NCBI GenBank assembly: GCA_030595795.1
Contig: JAUVCH010000004.1
Location: 4,502 to 68,501, forward strand
Direction: 5' to 3'
DNA: 64,000 nucleotides
Origin: Gammaproteobacteria bacterium
GTDB lineage: Bacteria; Pseudomonadota; Gammaproteobacteria; GCA-001735895
The translations under genes and the position numbers were made by a program. Shown here in pieces: positions 9,743 to 20,237 of this stretch (positions are counted from its first letter, which is position 1; each line of letters starts with the position of its first letter). Below the pieces are notes generated by a model. That model had not been told where the DNA came from, did no database searches, and saw only the letters and a program-made list of their open reading frames with translations.

Positions 9743-11440
9743 ATGATGATTCAAGATGATATACTTCTTCTACCAACCCATAAAGCAGCAGGAGGCGGTA
9801 TGCAAGACTACTACGATCTGGGGACATATAGTCGCGAGGTTACAACCTCATCTGCCGAGGCGCAAACCTGGTTCGACCGCGGACTTATCTGGAACTACGG
9901 CTATCATCACGAGGAGGCTATCGAATGTTTCCGCAAGGCACTCCGGCATGACCCTCAATGCGTCATGGCACATTGGGGCATCGCCTACGCCAGTGGCCCA
10001 AATTACAACAAACAGTGGAACGATTTCGAAAACGATGAAAAAGTTGCTTGCCTTGAGGCCGCACACTCGCTGGTGGCGACCGCGACCAGCCATTTAGATC
10101 ACGCTAGCGATATCGAAAGAGGATTGATCGAGGCATTGACTCAACGCTATCCCGATAAACCGGGAATCGAAGATTTCGGCCCATGGAACGACGCCTTTGC
10201 CAATGCCATGCGCCAGGTGTACCAACTGCACTCGAACGATCTTGACGTGTGTACTATTTTTGCCGAGTCGATCATGAACCGTACGCCCTGGCAGCTCTGG
10301 GACCTACCTACCGGCAAACCCGCCGAAGGTGCCGACACCGAAGAAGCAATCACGGTTTTAGAAACCGCTTTCGACAAACTGGCCGACATGGGATCCCGAC
10401 AACACCCCGGCCTTTTGCATATGTACATTCATTTGATGGAAATGTCGCCACACCCGGAAAAGGCATTAAACGCCGGTGACGCATTGTCCAATCTGGTACC
10501 CGATGCCGGCCACCTTCAACACATGGCGACCCATATCGACGTTCTCTGTGGGGACTACCAGAACGTCGTGCAACGCAACCACCGTGCGATTCAGGCCGAT
10601 CAAAAGTACCTCGAACAGTCGGGAGCTCTTAATTTTTACACGATTTATCGCTGCCACAATTATCACTTCAAAATTTATGGTGCGATGTTTCTTGGCCAAA
10701 TGCAGGTTGCCATGGAGACAGCCGACGAACTCGCAGCGTCGTTGACGACCGATGTGCTCGATCTAATGGCTGACTGGGTTGAGGCCTTTTATCCGATGAA
10801 GCAACACGTGCTAATCCGTTTCGGCCAGTGGGAACAAATTAAATCTCAGCCGCTACCGGCTGATCAGCAAACCTTTGCGATGACTACCGCCCTGATCCAC
10901 TATGCCAAATCGGTGGCCTGTGCGGCAACCGGCGATATCTCCGGTGCCGATGCCTCACGTCAAGATTTCCGATCTGCCAAATCGGCTCTGCCTGATAGCC
11001 GAATGCTTTTCACTAATACCTGCGCTGATATTCTTGATGTTGCCGAAGCGATGCTCGAAGGCGAACTGAGCTATCGCAAAGGTGATTTTGAAGAGGCATT
11101 TGCCCATCTGCGCCGTTCGGTCGAACTCGACGACTCACTGCCTTACGACGAACCCTGGGGCTGGATGCAACCAACCCGTCACGCCCTGGGAGCACTGTTG
11201 CTTGAGCAGGATCGCATTGAAGAGGCCGAAGCAGTCTATCGCGCCGACCTCGGCTTTGACGACAAACTCGCGCGTGCCTGCCAGCACCCTGGCAACGTCT
11301 GGAGTCTGCACGGCTTACACGAGTGTCTGACAAAACTGGGGCGGCATAACGAGGCGCAACTGATTAGACCGCTGCGTGATATCGCGCTAGCGCGCGCCGA
11401 TATCAAGATTGAATATTCCTGCTATTGTCGAGGCCTGTAG
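9743..11440 (+). CDS. TPR-like helical repeat protein, 565 aa; hypothetical
   Basis: Long ORF with repeated Trp/Tyr/His-rich helical motifs; family not recognised. The true start may be internal (the MQDYYDL… Met). Confidence 0.55.
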   Translation: MMIQDDILLLPTHKAAGGGMQDYYDLGTYSREVTTSSAEAQTWFDRGLIWNYGYHHEEAIECFRKALRHDPQCVMAHWGIAYASGPNYNKQWNDFENDEKVACLEAAHSLVATATSHLDHASDIERGLIEALTQRYPDKPGIEDFGPWNDAFANAMRQVYQLHSNDLDVCTIFAESIMNRTPWQLWDLPTGKPAEGADTEEAITVLETAFDKLADMGSRQHPGLLHMYIHLMEMSPHPEKALNAGDALSNLVPDAGHLQHMATHIDVLCGDYQNVVQRNHRAIQADQKYLEQSGALNFYTIYRCHNYHFKIYGAMFLGQMQVAMETADELAASLTTDVLDLMADWVEAFYPMKQHVLIRFGQWEQIKSQPLPADQQTFAMTTALIHYAKSVACAATGDISGADASRQDFRSAKSALPDSRMLFTNTCADILDVAEAMLEGELSYRKGDFEEAFAHLRRSVELDDSLPYDEPWGWMQPTRHALGALLLEQDRIEEAEAVYRADLGFDDKLARACQHPGNVWSLHGLHECLTKLGRHNEAQLIRPLRDIALARADIKIEYSCYCRGL

Positions 11441-11447
11441 ACCATTA

Positions 11448-13010
11448 CTATTTCGGTTTAAACGCCGGTGGCCGCGGATACCGCGAAGTAATATCGAAGC
11501 GGGTCAAATCCATGTGACTACGGGTGTATTCTTCAGACGCGTTCCGCGCAGGATTGAAATCCCAGCCCTGATAACGACCGATACGCAAGGCGGCATGAAC
11601 CGCGCGACGGCGTTTTTGATCGTCAGTTACTTTTTTCTGCATTGCTTCAGCATCCCAGTATCCAGCCGCTTCCTGTCGAAATCTCCCCAGTAAGTCCGAT
11701 TCTTCTGTGGCCAGATTATTTAACTCATCAGGATCGACTTTCAAATTAAACAGTTGATCGGGATCGGTTATACAGGAGATATATTTATAATCCCCGCGTC
11801 GAATCATCAACATCGGTGCACCGGTACCTTCGGCCAGGTATTCGCTGATACAGGTATCCGGATCCTGACTCGCGTCACCGTCACAAAGCGGCATTAAAGA
11901 CCGGCCGTTCAAAGGATCGATCGCTTCCGGTTTGCTTGCCCCCGTACCTTCGTGGGCAATATCGATCAGGGTCGGCAGGACATCGACCTGCGCCACCGGC
12001 TGTTCCACGCGGCGCGACTGAAAACGTTCCGGATGATGCACAATCATCGGGATTCGACAAGACCATTCGCGAAAGCTCATCTTATACCAGAGGCCAAATT
12101 CGCCGAGCATATCGCCGTGATCGGAAGTGAAAATTATGGTGGTATTTTCGCCCATACCACATTCATCCAATGTGCCACGCAGGCGACCTAGCCATTCGTC
12201 AACATAGGAGACATTGCCGTAATAAGCGCGACGTGCATTGATGATTTCTTCGTCACTAACATCAACCGCATCGAGTGCGATCACTTTTTCCAGGCGCTTA
12301 TTGTGAACATCCTGTTGGTCAGTCGAAGGGCGCGGTACCGACGGCAGCGCGATGTTCACATCCTCGTATAAGTCCCAGTACTTCTGACGTGTGGCGTAAG
12401 GATCGTGCGGATGAATAAAACTCGCCACCAGACATAAAGGTCGGTCGTCTTCGCTACGCGCGTGATCATAAATCGCCCGCATCGACTGCGCACCGACTTC
12501 GTCATCGTAAGCAAATTGATTGGTGATCGAGGCGACACCCGCTTGCTTGACACTGGACATGTTGTGATACCACAGGTCGATGCGCTCATCAGGATTAGTC
12601 CAGTCGGGAATCCAGCCAAAATCGGCAGGATAGATATCGGTAGTTACCCGATCTTCAAATCCATGTAACTGATCGGCACCGACAAAATGCATCTTGCCCG
12701 CCAGACAAGTCTTGTAACCCATTAAACGCATATAGTGGGCGAAAGTCGGCATGGTCGCGGGCATATAGGCAGCGTTGTCGTAGCCACCACATTGCGAGAT
12801 ATTCTGCCCGGTCATAAAGGCATACCTGGCCGGGGTGCATAATGGGCTACTGGAATAAGCTGATTCGAACAGCACGCCTTCGTCTGCCAATCTATCGATA
12901 TGCGGGCTCTTAACTTCGGTATTTCCGTAGCATCCGAGAGCCAGTGCAGTGAGCTGGTCGGCCATGACGATGAGGATGTTTTGTTTATCGCGTTTGACGT
13001 ATTTGACCAT
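11448..13010 (-). CDS. betC: Choline-sulfatase (type I sulfatase)
   Basis: Sulfatase signature C-T-P-A-R (…SSSPLCTPARYAFMTGQ…), the N-terminal metal-binding DQL, about 520 aa, and overall similarity to BetC. Confidence 0.8.
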   Translation of the reverse strand: MVKYVKRDKQNILIVMADQLTALALGCYGNTEVKSPHIDRLADEGVLFESAYSSSPLCTPARYAFMTGQNISQCGGYDNAAYMPATMPTFAHYMRLMGYKTCLAGKMHFVGADQLHGFEDRVTTDIYPADFGWIPDWTNPDERIDLWYHNMSSVKQAGVASITNQFAYDDEVGAQSMRAIYDHARSEDDRPLCLVASFIHPHDPYATRQKYWDLYEDVNIALPSVPRPSTDQQDVHNKRLEKVIALDAVDVSDEEIINARRAYYGNVSYVDEWLGRLRGTLDECGMGENTTIIFTSDHGDMLGEFGLWYKMSFREWSCRIPMIVHHPERFQSRRVEQPVAQVDVLPTLIDIAHEGTGASKPEAIDPLNGRSLMPLCDGDASQDPDTCISEYLAEGTGAPMLMIRRGDYKYISCITDPDQLFNLKVDPDELNNLATEESDLLGRFRQEAAGYWDAEAMQKKVTDDQKRRRAVHAALRIGRYQGWDFNPARNASEEYTRSHMDLTRFDITSRYPRPPAFKPK

Positions 13011-13023
13011 GATTTTTTACCCC

Positions 13024-13383
13024 CTATAAAAGGTTCTTCCCATCAAAAACCTTCACCTCTAAACCATCGGTTTCCAAATCATCAATACACCCTAAATTAA
13101 CGCGCATATGCCCCGGGATACGTACCATTTCATTATGCGTGTAAATGCCGCAGGTTTTGCAGAAATAGTGTTTAGCGATTTTGCTATCGAACTGGTAGAG
13201 ACCAAGATTATCACCTTCGACTTCGACTTTGAGGTTTTCTCTGGGAATCGCTTCGGGACTCATCATTGCACCCTTGCGCGCGCAGATGGAACAGGTGCAA
13301 CGTAATGCACCGTCGATCATTTCACCTTCGTATCGGAACTTGATAGCACCACAGTGGCAGCTACCCTGGTATTTTTGAGTCAT
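13024..13383 (-). CDS. GFA family protein (CENP-V/GFA zinc-binding domain)
   Basis: Matching Cys ligand pattern: CHCGAIKF…, …CTCSICARKG…, and a C-terminal CKTCG. Confidence 0.8.
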   Translation of the reverse strand: MTQKYQGSCHCGAIKFRYEGEMIDGALRCTCSICARKGAMMSPEAIPRENLKVEVEGDNLGLYQFDSKIAKHYFCKTCGIYTHNEMVRIPGHMRVNLGCIDDLETDGLEVKVFDGKNLL

Positions 13384-13424
13384 TGAACCGTCCTCAATTT
13401 TAGATCAAGCTGATACTAACCGGT

Positions 13425-14198
13425 TTATTTCACCGCGGTAAACAAAAATCGATTCACGCAAAAGAAGAAAGCCTGCCGCTCGGCGAGGTCGATGATTTCC
13501 TTTAGCCACTGATCCGCCTGCGGTTGTTGGACTAGATCTTTCTTAACAGCATTTTTAGCCATATAGCGAATCATACTGGCTCCATAGCCTGCCTCGTTAA
13601 AGCTCGCATTGAGCACCGGGATCGCCTGTGCTCGAACCGCTGAAAATCCGCTAACATATAGCTTTGGAATTATTTTTGGGGGCAGGTTGGAACTAGGCAC
13701 CGCTGCATCCCAGGCATCGGTCATGACACGGGTGAGCTGGTAGTCTGGACTACTGATAACAACGCCGTGCCAGTCGGTTTCGATGATGGCAATACGGCCA
13801 CCGGGTTTCAAAACCCGATACAATTCACCGATAGCAGTATCGACTTCATCTACATACAGCAAGGTTTGAATACAACTGGCAGCATCGAAACTGTCGGCTT
13901 CAAAGTCGAGTTCGGTGACACTGCCCTGGTGCAACTCAACGTTACCCAATGCACTACAACGGTTACCGGCCAGGTCCAGCATGTCCTGACTATAGTCAAC
14001 GCCAGTGACCAGACCTTTATCCCCGACCTGCTCGGACATTAGTTCCGCTAATAACCCTGTGCCACAACCGGCATCGAGCACATTTCCACCAGCTCTTATC
14101 GCCAGTGCCTGTAAGGTTCGCAATCGCTGATTGACGATTTCTGGATCGAGGTAGCTGCGGTCGGTTTCACGAGCGGCTTTGGCGTCGAATCTAACCAT
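13425..14198 (-). CDS. Class I SAM-dependent methyltransferase
   Basis: Motif I VLDAGCGTGLL and motif post-I are present. Confidence 0.8.
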   Translation of the reverse strand: MVRFDAKAARETDRSYLDPEIVNQRLRTLQALAIRAGGNVLDAGCGTGLLAELMSEQVGDKGLVTGVDYSQDMLDLAGNRCSALGNVELHQGSVTELDFEADSFDAASCIQTLLYVDEVDTAIGELYRVLKPGGRIAIIETDWHGVVISSPDYQLTRVMTDAWDAAVPSSNLPPKIIPKLYVSGFSAVRAQAIPVLNASFNEAGYGASMIRYMAKNAVKKDLVQQPQADQWLKEIIDLAERQAFFFCVNRFLFTAVK

Positions 14199-15396
14199 TT
14201 TTTAGACTGAGTTCGAGACCCATCTGGTAATACTTTGTCGCCTTTTCTTTCTCATGCAAATGCTCGCCAAATAATTCAGCCAGCGCCAGGCAGCAGGCTG
14301 GCATCGGATTGATACCAATGCTTGCCTCTAGATAACCCTGCGCCTTGCCCCACAGGCGAGCTCGGATACAGATACGACCCAGTGCCAGCAACAAGTTTTC
14401 ATTTTGACTATAATCACTCAGCCATATTTCAGCCTGCTTCAACTGCTCATTAGCATCACCGGTATTAAATTCACCGTAAACCTCGATAACACGATCATCC
14501 CACAGCCGTTCAAGTGATTTAACAATTAACGGCTCGGCACTTTCAATTTCGATATTAAATTGATTCATTTGGCCAATGTAATGCAGTAGCAGCGCGGGTT
14601 CGGCCTGGCTTGATCTCGGTATCCTGTACCAGGCTTTTTCCAGCGCCTTGCCATCACCGGTAAGCGCTATTGAGTCGAGCATGCCTCGATAGGCTTTACT
14701 TTCCATGAGCTTCAGGCGCTTTTCTGAGTTCAGCTTTTTCTTACGAAGCTCAGGCAATAACTCAACCAGAAGGCCCCAGTCCTCAAGCTCAAAATAGGCC
14801 CGTGCCAGTAGCATTAATATGTAATCGTGTCTTGGCGCAATCATGCGTAAGTGCGTCAGCGTTGCTAATGCCTGCTCGGTTTGCTGGTGCGCGAGTTGTA
14901 ATTCGGCCTGGGTAACGCCGATGGCTATCTCGGCCTCGGGTTTTGCTTCATGCGCAGCTTTTAAATAACTATCGCGCTCATCGTGCTTACCCTGTAACTG
15001 CGCTGCGCGAGCCGCCGCCAGATAGTGCAAAAGCGGGCTCTCGCTAAATTCGACCAGTTTAATTAAATTTGTTTCCGCCCGGCCAAATTTACCTTCGGCA
15101 AGATCAATTAGCCCCTGATTTAATAACTTACGACTCTTATCGAATCGCCGACTTTGCGACTGCTGTTTCATCGAATCGGGTAGACGCCAGAGACTGCGTA
15201 ACACTTTAATCCCAAAATGAATAACCACCATCGCGGCAATCATCGCCACAATGCCAAATGCAAGACTGGTTTCGACTGAGAAGTCGGCGTATCTTATCAG
15301 GATAAAGCCGGGGTCATCCTTAACCAGTAATACCGCTCCGAGTACAACTATAACCAGAACCAGAAACCTCATTACCCACTTAAACATTGTCGGCAT
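14191..15396 (-). CDS. hemY: Heme biosynthesis-associated TPR membrane protein HemY
   Basis: N-terminal TM helices followed by TPR repeats, and its position after hemX in the hemCDXY operon. Confidence 0.8.
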   Translation of the reverse strand: MPTMFKWVMRFLVLVIVVLGAVLLVKDDPGFILIRYADFSVETSLAFGIVAMIAAMVVIHFGIKVLRSLWRLPDSMKQQSQSRRFDKSRKLLNQGLIDLAEGKFGRAETNLIKLVEFSESPLLHYLAAARAAQLQGKHDERDSYLKAAHEAKPEAEIAIGVTQAELQLAHQQTEQALATLTHLRMIAPRHDYILMLLARAYFELEDWGLLVELLPELRKKKLNSEKRLKLMESKAYRGMLDSIALTGDGKALEKAWYRIPRSSQAEPALLLHYIGQMNQFNIEIESAEPLIVKSLERLWDDRVIEVYGEFNTGDANEQLKQAEIWLSDYSQNENLLLALGRICIRARLWGKAQGYLEASIGINPMPACCLALAELFGEHLHEKEKATKYYQMGLELSLKNG

Positions 15397-16573
15397 CCTC
15401 GTTGATAATTTTTTCTGCCTCGTCGCGTTTGCTGATAATCCTCTTTAGCATTTCGAGTGAACCGTTAATATCCGGTTTTTCAGGTTTGATTTCGGCTTTC
15501 TGCAAAGCCTGCAACTGACTGTAAAAATCGTGGTTAGCAGCATTATCGAGATTGTAATACTGCTTAAACAATTCGACATTTTCTTTCATCAGGCGACTGT
15601 ATTGAAAGGCATCGCGTTCCAGCACCGACCATCGCGTGAGTTTTAAGTTGTCTTCCAGAATCTGCTCGACATTGATGATGAGCGCTTCGGTTTGCGTCGG
15701 TGGCATCGTGGTCTCACGCGTTACACTGACCAGAGAGCTGAAAAATGTCTTTACCTGTTCTTCGATGCTAACCTCCTGATCGGGCGTAGCAGCAGCTTCG
15801 GGTGATTCGTTGATTCGTGGCTGGAACCCGGGTTTTAGTGAACGAATTTGCTGGGCAAGCTGAGAAAGTTTTAAAGTCATGCCCACCAGATCAGCTCTTT
15901 TATGCGTCTTCAACTCGGCTATTTCATCGCTGATTTTGACGCGCACTGGCAGCAGCCCCAGGTCGCCGGTAGAGGCTATACGATCACTGGCAGCTTGCAG
16001 GGTGATTGCCGAACCTTCAAAATCGTTTTCCAGAATAAGTTTGTGTTGCGCAATACGCATCAGGTATTCGACTTCGGCGAGCTGCCAGCCGCTTTCATCG
16101 CGACCAAATAATTCGTAGAGCTTTTCGCTCGAAGCCTGCAGATCTGTCTGGTGTTGCTGCAGCGCTTCGATACGCTGGACAATTTCGTTCATCCCCGACT
16201 GTAGAGGCTTTATACCTGCTTGAATCTGACTACTTTCGGCCTTGCTGGCAACTTGTTGTTTCAATGCCAAAAATGCCGCCTGTTTCTCGGCTTCGGTTTT
16301 CTGTTGGAGTTGCCAGTAGTAACCTGCACCAGCAGCCAGAGTGAGAATCAAAAGAAAGTTAAATACACCAAACCAGGGAAAACTGCGGCCCGCGCGAGTT
16401 GATTTTTTTTCCACTTTTTCTTTTTTAATCGTTGCTGGTTTTATTGCTGCGGGCTCGACAACTTCGCCCGCCTTGTCTTCGGCAATTTCTTCGATAATGT
16501 CTTCTATAACCAAATCGACACTATCACTCGGTTCAGCTACATCCTTACTCTGGTCTGTTTTTTTATCGCTCAT
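15380..16573 (-). CDS. hemX: HemX family protein (annotated as uroporphyrinogen-III C-methyltransferase-like)
   Basis: Acidic N-terminus, a single TM helix and a coiled-coil Q/A-rich region; it sits between hemD and hemY. Confidence 0.75.
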   Translation of the reverse strand: MSDKKTDQSKDVAEPSDSVDLVIEDIIEEIAEDKAGEVVEPAAIKPATIKKEKVEKKSTRAGRSFPWFGVFNFLLILTLAAGAGYYWQLQQKTEAEKQAAFLALKQQVASKAESSQIQAGIKPLQSGMNEIVQRIEALQQHQTDLQASSEKLYELFGRDESGWQLAEVEYLMRIAQHKLILENDFEGSAITLQAASDRIASTGDLGLLPVRVKISDEIAELKTHKRADLVGMTLKLSQLAQQIRSLKPGFQPRINESPEAAATPDQEVSIEEQVKTFFSSLVSVTRETTMPPTQTEALIINVEQILEDNLKLTRWSVLERDAFQYSRLMKENVELFKQYYNLDNAANHDFYSQLQALQKAEIKPEKPDINGSLEMLKRIISKRDEAEKIINEDADNV

Positions 16574-16582
16574 AGATTCTGA

Positions 16583-17374
16583 TTAATTATGCCTGGCCCA
16601 CTCGATTAATGTTTGCACTATGCCTTCGTCGCTCGCTTCTCTGGCGATCAATATCGCATCATTATGTCCCAGTTTGACAGCCGATTCACGCATTCTTTCA
16701 CTGATCAACAACCAGGGAGTCTGTAACAAATTTGATTGTGAATACTCATCGACTAATGCCAGCAGATTTTGCATGCCTTCGGTACTGGTTAACAATACCA
16801 GACTCGGAACCTGTTTTTCGCTCAGACGCGAAAACTCCAGGCCATCATAATCGGGCAATTTACGCTGATAAACTTCGCAGTGATCGACGCTAGCACCCCG
16901 CGCCTGCAATTGCTCGGTTAACAGTGTTCGCCCCTGTTGACCGCGAAAGATGAGTATTTTCTGACCCTCGACCTGCTGTAACTCACTGGCGTTGAGCAAG
17001 CCTTCGCTATTATAAAGCTCACTTCGTATCAGGCGCCGATCCAGGTCTTCGACTCGCTGCGCCAGCGCCTGATGGCTACCCTCACCTATGACCGCCAATT
17101 TAAGATGCGAAGGCAGGTGCTTCGAGCCAAAAAATGCAAACGCGCCATCGACTGCATTGCGGCTAACAAATATGGCGATTTGATAATCATTAATGCGGCT
17201 GGCGAGGTTCTGGTGAAACTCGGTCGCCTTGATGCTGCAGATTTCAATCGTTGGAAACGACAGAACCTCCGCACCCTGTGATTTCAACAACTGGTTTAAC
17301 CCAGCCTGTTGGTGCGCGGGTCTCGTATTCAGGATACATTGGCCTTGTAGAACAGTCTGGGCCGTTTTACTCAT
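16583..17374 (-). CDS. hemD: Uroporphyrinogen-III synthase
   Basis: HemD-like sequence whose start overlaps the hemC stop. Confidence 0.8.
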   Translation of the reverse strand: MSKTAQTVLQGQCILNTRPAHQQAGLNQLLKSQGAEVLSFPTIEICSIKATEFHQNLASRINDYQIAIFVSRNAVDGAFAFFGSKHLPSHLKLAVIGEGSHQALAQRVEDLDRRLIRSELYNSEGLLNASELQQVEGQKILIFRGQQGRTLLTEQLQARGASVDHCEVYQRKLPDYDGLEFSRLSEKQVPSLVLLTSTEGMQNLLALVDEYSQSNLLQTPWLLISERMRESAVKLGHNDAILIAREASDEGIVQTLIEWARHN

Positions 17375-18306
17375 TAATGCTCGATGCTGGCAAGAATGCT
17401 GTCAGCGCCCTGCGCGATCAAATCCTTAGCCAACGCGATGCCGAGACCTTCGGCGGATTCTGCACTTCCCCGGATTTCAGCCCGCAGGATACGGCTGCCA
17501 TCGGGTTCACCCACCAGTCCTCGAAAATAAATTTCGTCGCCTTCAAAAATGGCATGGCCCGCTATGGGTACCTGACAGCCACCATTCAGAGTTTTGTTCA
17601 TCGCGCGTTCGGCGCTAACCAGCGTCGTCGTAGCCGGGTGACCCAGCGGTGCCAGCAATTTGCGCACGGCTTCGTCGTTGCTACGAATTTCGATGCCGAG
17701 CACGCCCTGACCGATAGCGGGAAGACATTCTTCGGGTTCAATCGCTGCCCTGATTCGATTATTAAAACCGAGCCTGATGAGACCTGCGCAGGCGAGAATA
17801 ATGGCATCGTACTCGCCATCGTCGAGCTTGCGTAGGCGTGTATTGACATTACCGCGCAACCAGTCGATTTTAAGATGCGGATAGCGCTCTTTGATTTGGG
17901 TCTGACGGCGCAGGCTCGAGGTACCGACCAGAGTACCGGGTGGCATTTCTGCCAGAGAATTAAATCGGTTGGAGACAAACGCGTCGCGTGGGTCTTCGCG
18001 TTCCATGATTAATCCCAGTTCCAGACCTTCGGGAAAATCTACCGGCACATCTTTCATCGAATGTACCGCGATATCGGCTTTACCTTCGAGAATTCCAATT
18101 TCCAGTTCCTTGACGAACAGGCCTTTACCACCGACTTTTGCCAACGGTGCGTCGAGCAACTTGTCGCCCCGTGTTTTCATTTGCACCAACGATACTATCA
18201 GTTGCGGGTAGTGTTCACGGAGCAATCGAGAAACCTCTTCGGCTTGCCATAAGGCTAATGGGCTACTGCGCGTAGCAATGCGTAATTCGGTCAATTCTGT
18301 CTGCAT
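17374..18306 (-). CDS. hemC: Hydroxymethylbilane synthase (porphobilinogen deaminase)
   Basis: Conserved HemC N-terminus ([15 protein letters not shown]…) and a C-terminal cofactor-binding Cys. Confidence 0.9.
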   Translation of the reverse strand: MQTELTELRIATRSSPLALWQAEEVSRLLREHYPQLIVSLVQMKTRGDKLLDAPLAKVGGKGLFVKELEIGILEGKADIAVHSMKDVPVDFPEGLELGLIMEREDPRDAFVSNRFNSLAEMPPGTLVGTSSLRRQTQIKERYPHLKIDWLRGNVNTRLRKLDDGEYDAIILACAGLIRLGFNNRIRAAIEPEECLPAIGQGVLGIEIRSNDEAVRKLLAPLGHPATTTLVSAERAMNKTLNGGCQVPIAGHAIFEGDEIYFRGLVGEPDGSRILRAEIRGSAESAEGLGIALAKDLIAQGADSILASIEH

Positions 18307-18352
18307 AAATTTCGGTGAACTGGTTTAATAATTAGCGATAAGACAGTGGAAA

Positions 18353-19084
18353 TTATAAATTCTTTATGATCTTCCGTATAGCAGCTAAATGTCTTCGACT
18401 GACTTCGAGCGTGTCGTCTATCTCCTTAATGCTGACATGCTGGCCATCATTATGCACGACCATACCGGAAACGTATTTGAGTTGAATCAAGGCATTGCGA
18501 TGAATGCGCACAAACTGGTCGGCAAATTCGGTTTCCAGGCTCTTGAGCGCATCTTCGATTAATAATTCACCCTCTTTATGGCGCACGGTGACATATTTCT
18601 GATCGGCACGAAAATAGTAAATATCCTCGATATTCACCAGCACCAGATTACCACGAACACGCGCGCAGATATGACGGCGCTGTTCGATCGACGAGAGCAC
18701 TTCACTATTTTGTTCGACCTGAGCTCGGGTTAGTTTTTTGGCGGCTTCGAGGGCCTGTTGCAGACGATCTTGCTTAACCGGTTTCATCAGGTAATCGACC
18801 GCATGAGTTTCGAAGGCATCGAGTGCATGATCGGCATAAGCCGTGGTAAAAATTACCGCTGGCGGGTGTTCCAGCCCGGATAAATGTCGAGCGGCCTGAA
18901 TGCCATCGAGACCAGGCATACGAATATCCATCAGCACGATATCGGCATCGCTGGATTCTGCTAGTTGTATAGCTTCGTTACCATTCGAGGCATGACCAAC
19001 TACTTGATATTCGGGCAGCCTTTCAACCATTCGCGCTAAACGATCACGCGCTGGTTTTTCATCATCGACGATTAAGACTTTCAT
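18353..19084 (-). CDS. algR: LytTR-family response regulator AlgR
   Basis: A receiver domain (DDE…D…K) plus a C-terminal LytTR DNA-binding domain; it sits between algZ and hemC as in Pseudomonas. Confidence 0.85.
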   Translation of the reverse strand: MKVLIVDDEKPARDRLARMVERLPEYQVVGHASNGNEAIQLAESSDADIVLMDIRMPGLDGIQAARHLSGLEHPPAVIFTTAYADHALDAFETHAVDYLMKPVKQDRLQQALEAAKKLTRAQVEQNSEVLSSIEQRRHICARVRGNLVLVNIEDIYYFRADQKYVTVRHKEGELLIEDALKSLETEFADQFVRIHRNALIQLKYVSGMVVHNDGQHVSIKEIDDTLEVSRRHLAAIRKIIKNL

Positions 19085-20148
19085 TTTTTATCCTCTTCCA
19101 GGTTAACTGGCAATACCAGAGTCACCGTAAACAACTCATCTACTTCAGTGATCTGCATGCTCGCCGAGCCGCCAAATGCGATATGCAAACGCTCCCGAAT
19201 ATTATCAATGGCCATCTGATTACCTTTGCGGTGTTGTACACTACGATCCTCTAACACGGGGTTGGCGATGGTGACTTCAATATTATCCTCTACCCGTCTG
19301 GCCGCTATTTGAACCAGCCCTCCTTCATAAATTGGTTCGACGCCGTGGTAAATTGCATTTTCCACCAATGGTTGTAACGTCAATGCAGGTAAAGACACAT
19401 CGGGTACCGGGGTTGGTATCGTCCAGTCCACCTGTAATCGATCACCGAGACGCAGGGATTCCAGATCGACATAACTGCGCGTCAGCTCAAGCTCCTGACT
19501 AAAACTCACACTCGATTCCGCAGCCAGGCTGGCGCGAAATAAATCGGACAGATTTTCGATACTTTGCTCAGCGAGGTCCGGCTCATCGTGCGTCAGACTG
19601 GCTATCGTGTTCATGCTATTAAATAGAAAATGTGGCCGAATGCGTGCCTGTAGGGCCTGCAATCGAGCCTGCGCCTGCACTTCGAGGACGAGTTTAGATT
19701 CGTACTGGAGGTAAAAATAACGTAGCGCCAGCCCAATCAGAATAATAGCTACCAGCAGATTCCGGGCTACTAAATAACCCCAGCCCTGGGCACCGGGGCT
19801 TATCTTCATCGAGGCTTCCAGACTGATGGCAAGCAATGTTACCAACAGTGTTACGACAAGCGTTACAGCAATACTTTGTATCGTCGTCGCCAGTGCGGTC
19901 TCCATGCAGCCGACCCGTTTAAGCCAGCACAATATCCCCGCTACGCATAATCCTACCCAGAGCATGAACACCGAAATCAGCGCGATGTGGATATAAATAC
20001 CCCCGCCTTTATAACCGACTAAAGCGAAGACAATCGCGATCAACTGGATCACTAATAAAGCCCGCAAAAAAACCTCGCCAGTGCAAAAATCTGGCAGATA
20101 GCATCGGTTTTTAAGTTCTACGGAATTTTTTTCGGCGTTATAGGACAT
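19081..20148 (-). CDS. algZ: Sensor histidine kinase AlgZ/FimS (LytS type; 5TM-5TMR_LYT with a histidine kinase domain)
   Basis: The LPDFC motif sits near the proposed start (MSYNAEKN… Met at about 20148; the track ORF extends to 20220). Multi-TM with an HATPase_c C-terminus. Divergent from argH. Confidence 0.75.
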   Translation of the reverse strand: MSYNAEKNSVELKNRCYLPDFCTGEVFLRALLVIQLIAIVFALVGYKGGGIYIHIALISVFMLWVGLCVAGILCWLKRVGCMETALATTIQSIAVTLVVTLLVTLLAISLEASMKISPGAQGWGYLVARNLLVAIILIGLALRYFYLQYESKLVLEVQAQARLQALQARIRPHFLFNSMNTIASLTHDEPDLAEQSIENLSDLFRASLAAESSVSFSQELELTRSYVDLESLRLGDRLQVDWTIPTPVPDVSLPALTLQPLVENAIYHGVEPIYEGGLVQIAARRVEDNIEVTIANPVLEDRSVQHRKGNQMAIDNIRERLHIAFGGSASMQITEVDELFTVTLVLPVNLEEDKK

Positions 20149-20237
20149 AAACGGTTGATTTGTTCGTCTCGCGCTGCAAGCATACAGCAATATCCACCGA
20201 ATTTCGGTGAACTTAGTCATGACTTCGATTAAAAATT